DNA of 64,000 nucleotides from Octopus bimaculoides. Lineage: Eukaryota. Location: NCBI RefSeq assembly GCF_001194135.2, contig NC_068981.1, forward strand, positions 43,861,791 to 43,925,790, read 5' to 3'. The notes beneath the pieces are model-generated. The model was not told where the DNA came from, searched no databases, and was given only the letters and a program-made list of their open reading frames with translations. Positions 62,511 through 64,000 of the stretch are shown here, one piece after another (position 1 is the first letter of the stretch; each line of letters opens with the position of its first letter). The translations under genes and the position numbers were made by a program.

Positions 62511-62840
62511 GCCTTCCGTCGCCTCCAGCTCGATCCCACTACCCACCCCATTTTCCCCAACCCACCCCTATCCGCTTTCAAACGCTCCCGCAACCTACGC
62601 GATCTACTGGTCCGCAGTACCTTCTCCTCTTCCTCCCCACCCTCACCCGGCTCCTTCCCGTGCTCCAGATCCCGCTGTCACACATGCCCCATCATCACCA
62701 ACACTACCTCTGTCACCGGATCGAACCTACAAACACTTCACATTCCACACAGTTTCACCTGCACCTCCTCCAACCTTATTTACTGCATCAAATGCACCCT
62801 ATGCAACCAACTCTACGTGGGGCAGACGGGCCGCCGGCTG
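62511..62840 (+). mobile_element. 5'-truncated Penelope-like element, intact GIY-YIG endonuclease frame running into a gap
   Basis: Frame from 62511: AFRRLQLDPTTHPIFPNPPLSAFKRSRNLRDLLVRS..PGSFPCSRSRCHTCP..SFTCTSSNLIYCIKCTLCNQLYVGQTGRRL, no stops. It lacks an ATG and is absent from the supplied ORF track. Confidence 0.92.
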
Positions 62841-63292
62841 NNNNNNNNNNNNNNNNNNNNNNNNNNNNNNNNNNNNNNNNNNNNNNNNNNNNNNNNNNNN
62901 NNNNNNNNNNNNNNNNNNNNNNNNNNNNNNNNNNNNNNNNNNNNNNNNNNNNNNNNNNNNNNNNNNNNNNNNNNNNNNNNNNNNNNNNNNNNNNNNNNNN
63001 NNNNNNNNNNNNNNNNNNNNNNNNNNNNNNNNNNNNNNNNNNNNNNNNNNNNNNNNNNNNNNNNNNNNNNNNNNNNNNNNNNNNNNNNNNNNNNNNNNNN
63101 NNNNNNNNNNNNNNNNNNNNNNNNNNNNNNNNNNNNNNNNNNNNNNNNNNNNNNNNNNNNNNNNNNNNNNNNNNNNNNNNNNNNNNNNNNNNNNNNNNNN
63201 NNNNNNNNNNNNNNNNNNNNNNNNNNNNNNNNNNNNNNNNNNNNNNNNNNNNNNNNNNNNNNNNNNNNNNNNNNNNNNNNNNNNNNNNNNNN

Positions 63293-64000
63293 CACACACC
63301 TGACAACCCATACATACCCCCATTCACACATACCTCCCATACACCTACACACACACCTCCCACACACCTTACATATATACCGCCCACATACATGACAAAC
63401 ATACATACGCGCCCTCACACACACATAGCCGAACGCACATATACACACACACACACCCATATATACGCGCACGCCTATATACACAGCCGCATACACATGC
63501 ACACACATACACACAGGAGTGCACACACAAAATAACACACATACCTGGCGCACATACGCACGCACACACATGCACACATACACATATACACAGATGCACA
63601 CACGCACACACACCTCTCACATACACAATACTCACTCACATACATAACACACACGCACGCACGAAAACATACACAATATACACATACACGCACGCACAAA
63701 AAATATACACACACGCGCACACGGAAACACACATACAGACACACATAAACACACACACACCCGTACCTAACACTCACAATCCCACACACACACGCATATC
63801 CACACACATACACACACACGCACATACCCACATACACACACACACTTCTCACCAACACTACACACTCACACAGACACGCATACAATCACACACACATCGG
63901 CATAAACAACACACGCATATACAATAGCAAACGCACGCACACACACGTACACAGCAACGCACAGAAAACATACACATACACACACGCGCACATACAAAAT
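63293..64000. repeat. Degenerate (CA)n-rich low-complexity DNA
   Basis: Directly visible to the end of the window. Confidence 0.95.

Overview
AT-rich, microsatellite-dense eukaryotic genomic DNA with ten N-gaps (370-848, 11475-12352, 13871-13880, 24908-24925, 27409-27646, 52313-52322, 54470-54583, 55763-55902, 58321-58363, 62841-63292). The repeat families and their (CA)n/(TA)n/(GAT)n tails resemble those of coleoid cephalopods, most likely an Octopus draft scaffold (inference, not a database result). I cannot support any host protein-coding gene with confidence, so the window reads as intergenic DNA or a very large intron, with only a few weak exon candidates. It is dominated by transposon remnants: three mariner elements, a Tc1, a pogo/Tigger fragment, a rearranged hAT, several MITEs, a Gypsy pol fossil, L1/Tx1, RTE, CR1-like and R4/Dong LINE pieces, Penelope-like pieces and at least three SINE families. 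Almost all ORFs in the supplied track are N-gap or microsatellite artefacts. The two most interesting signals are (1) an inverted pair of minimal type-I hammerhead-ribozyme-like motifs at 59485-59597 with a non-canonical C at core position 4, and (2) an ORF1-only L1/Tx1-derived retroelement with 5'UTR, polyA signal and TSD nested in a Helentron-like non-autonomous element at 61.1-62.4 kb. All alignments and folds were done by eye.
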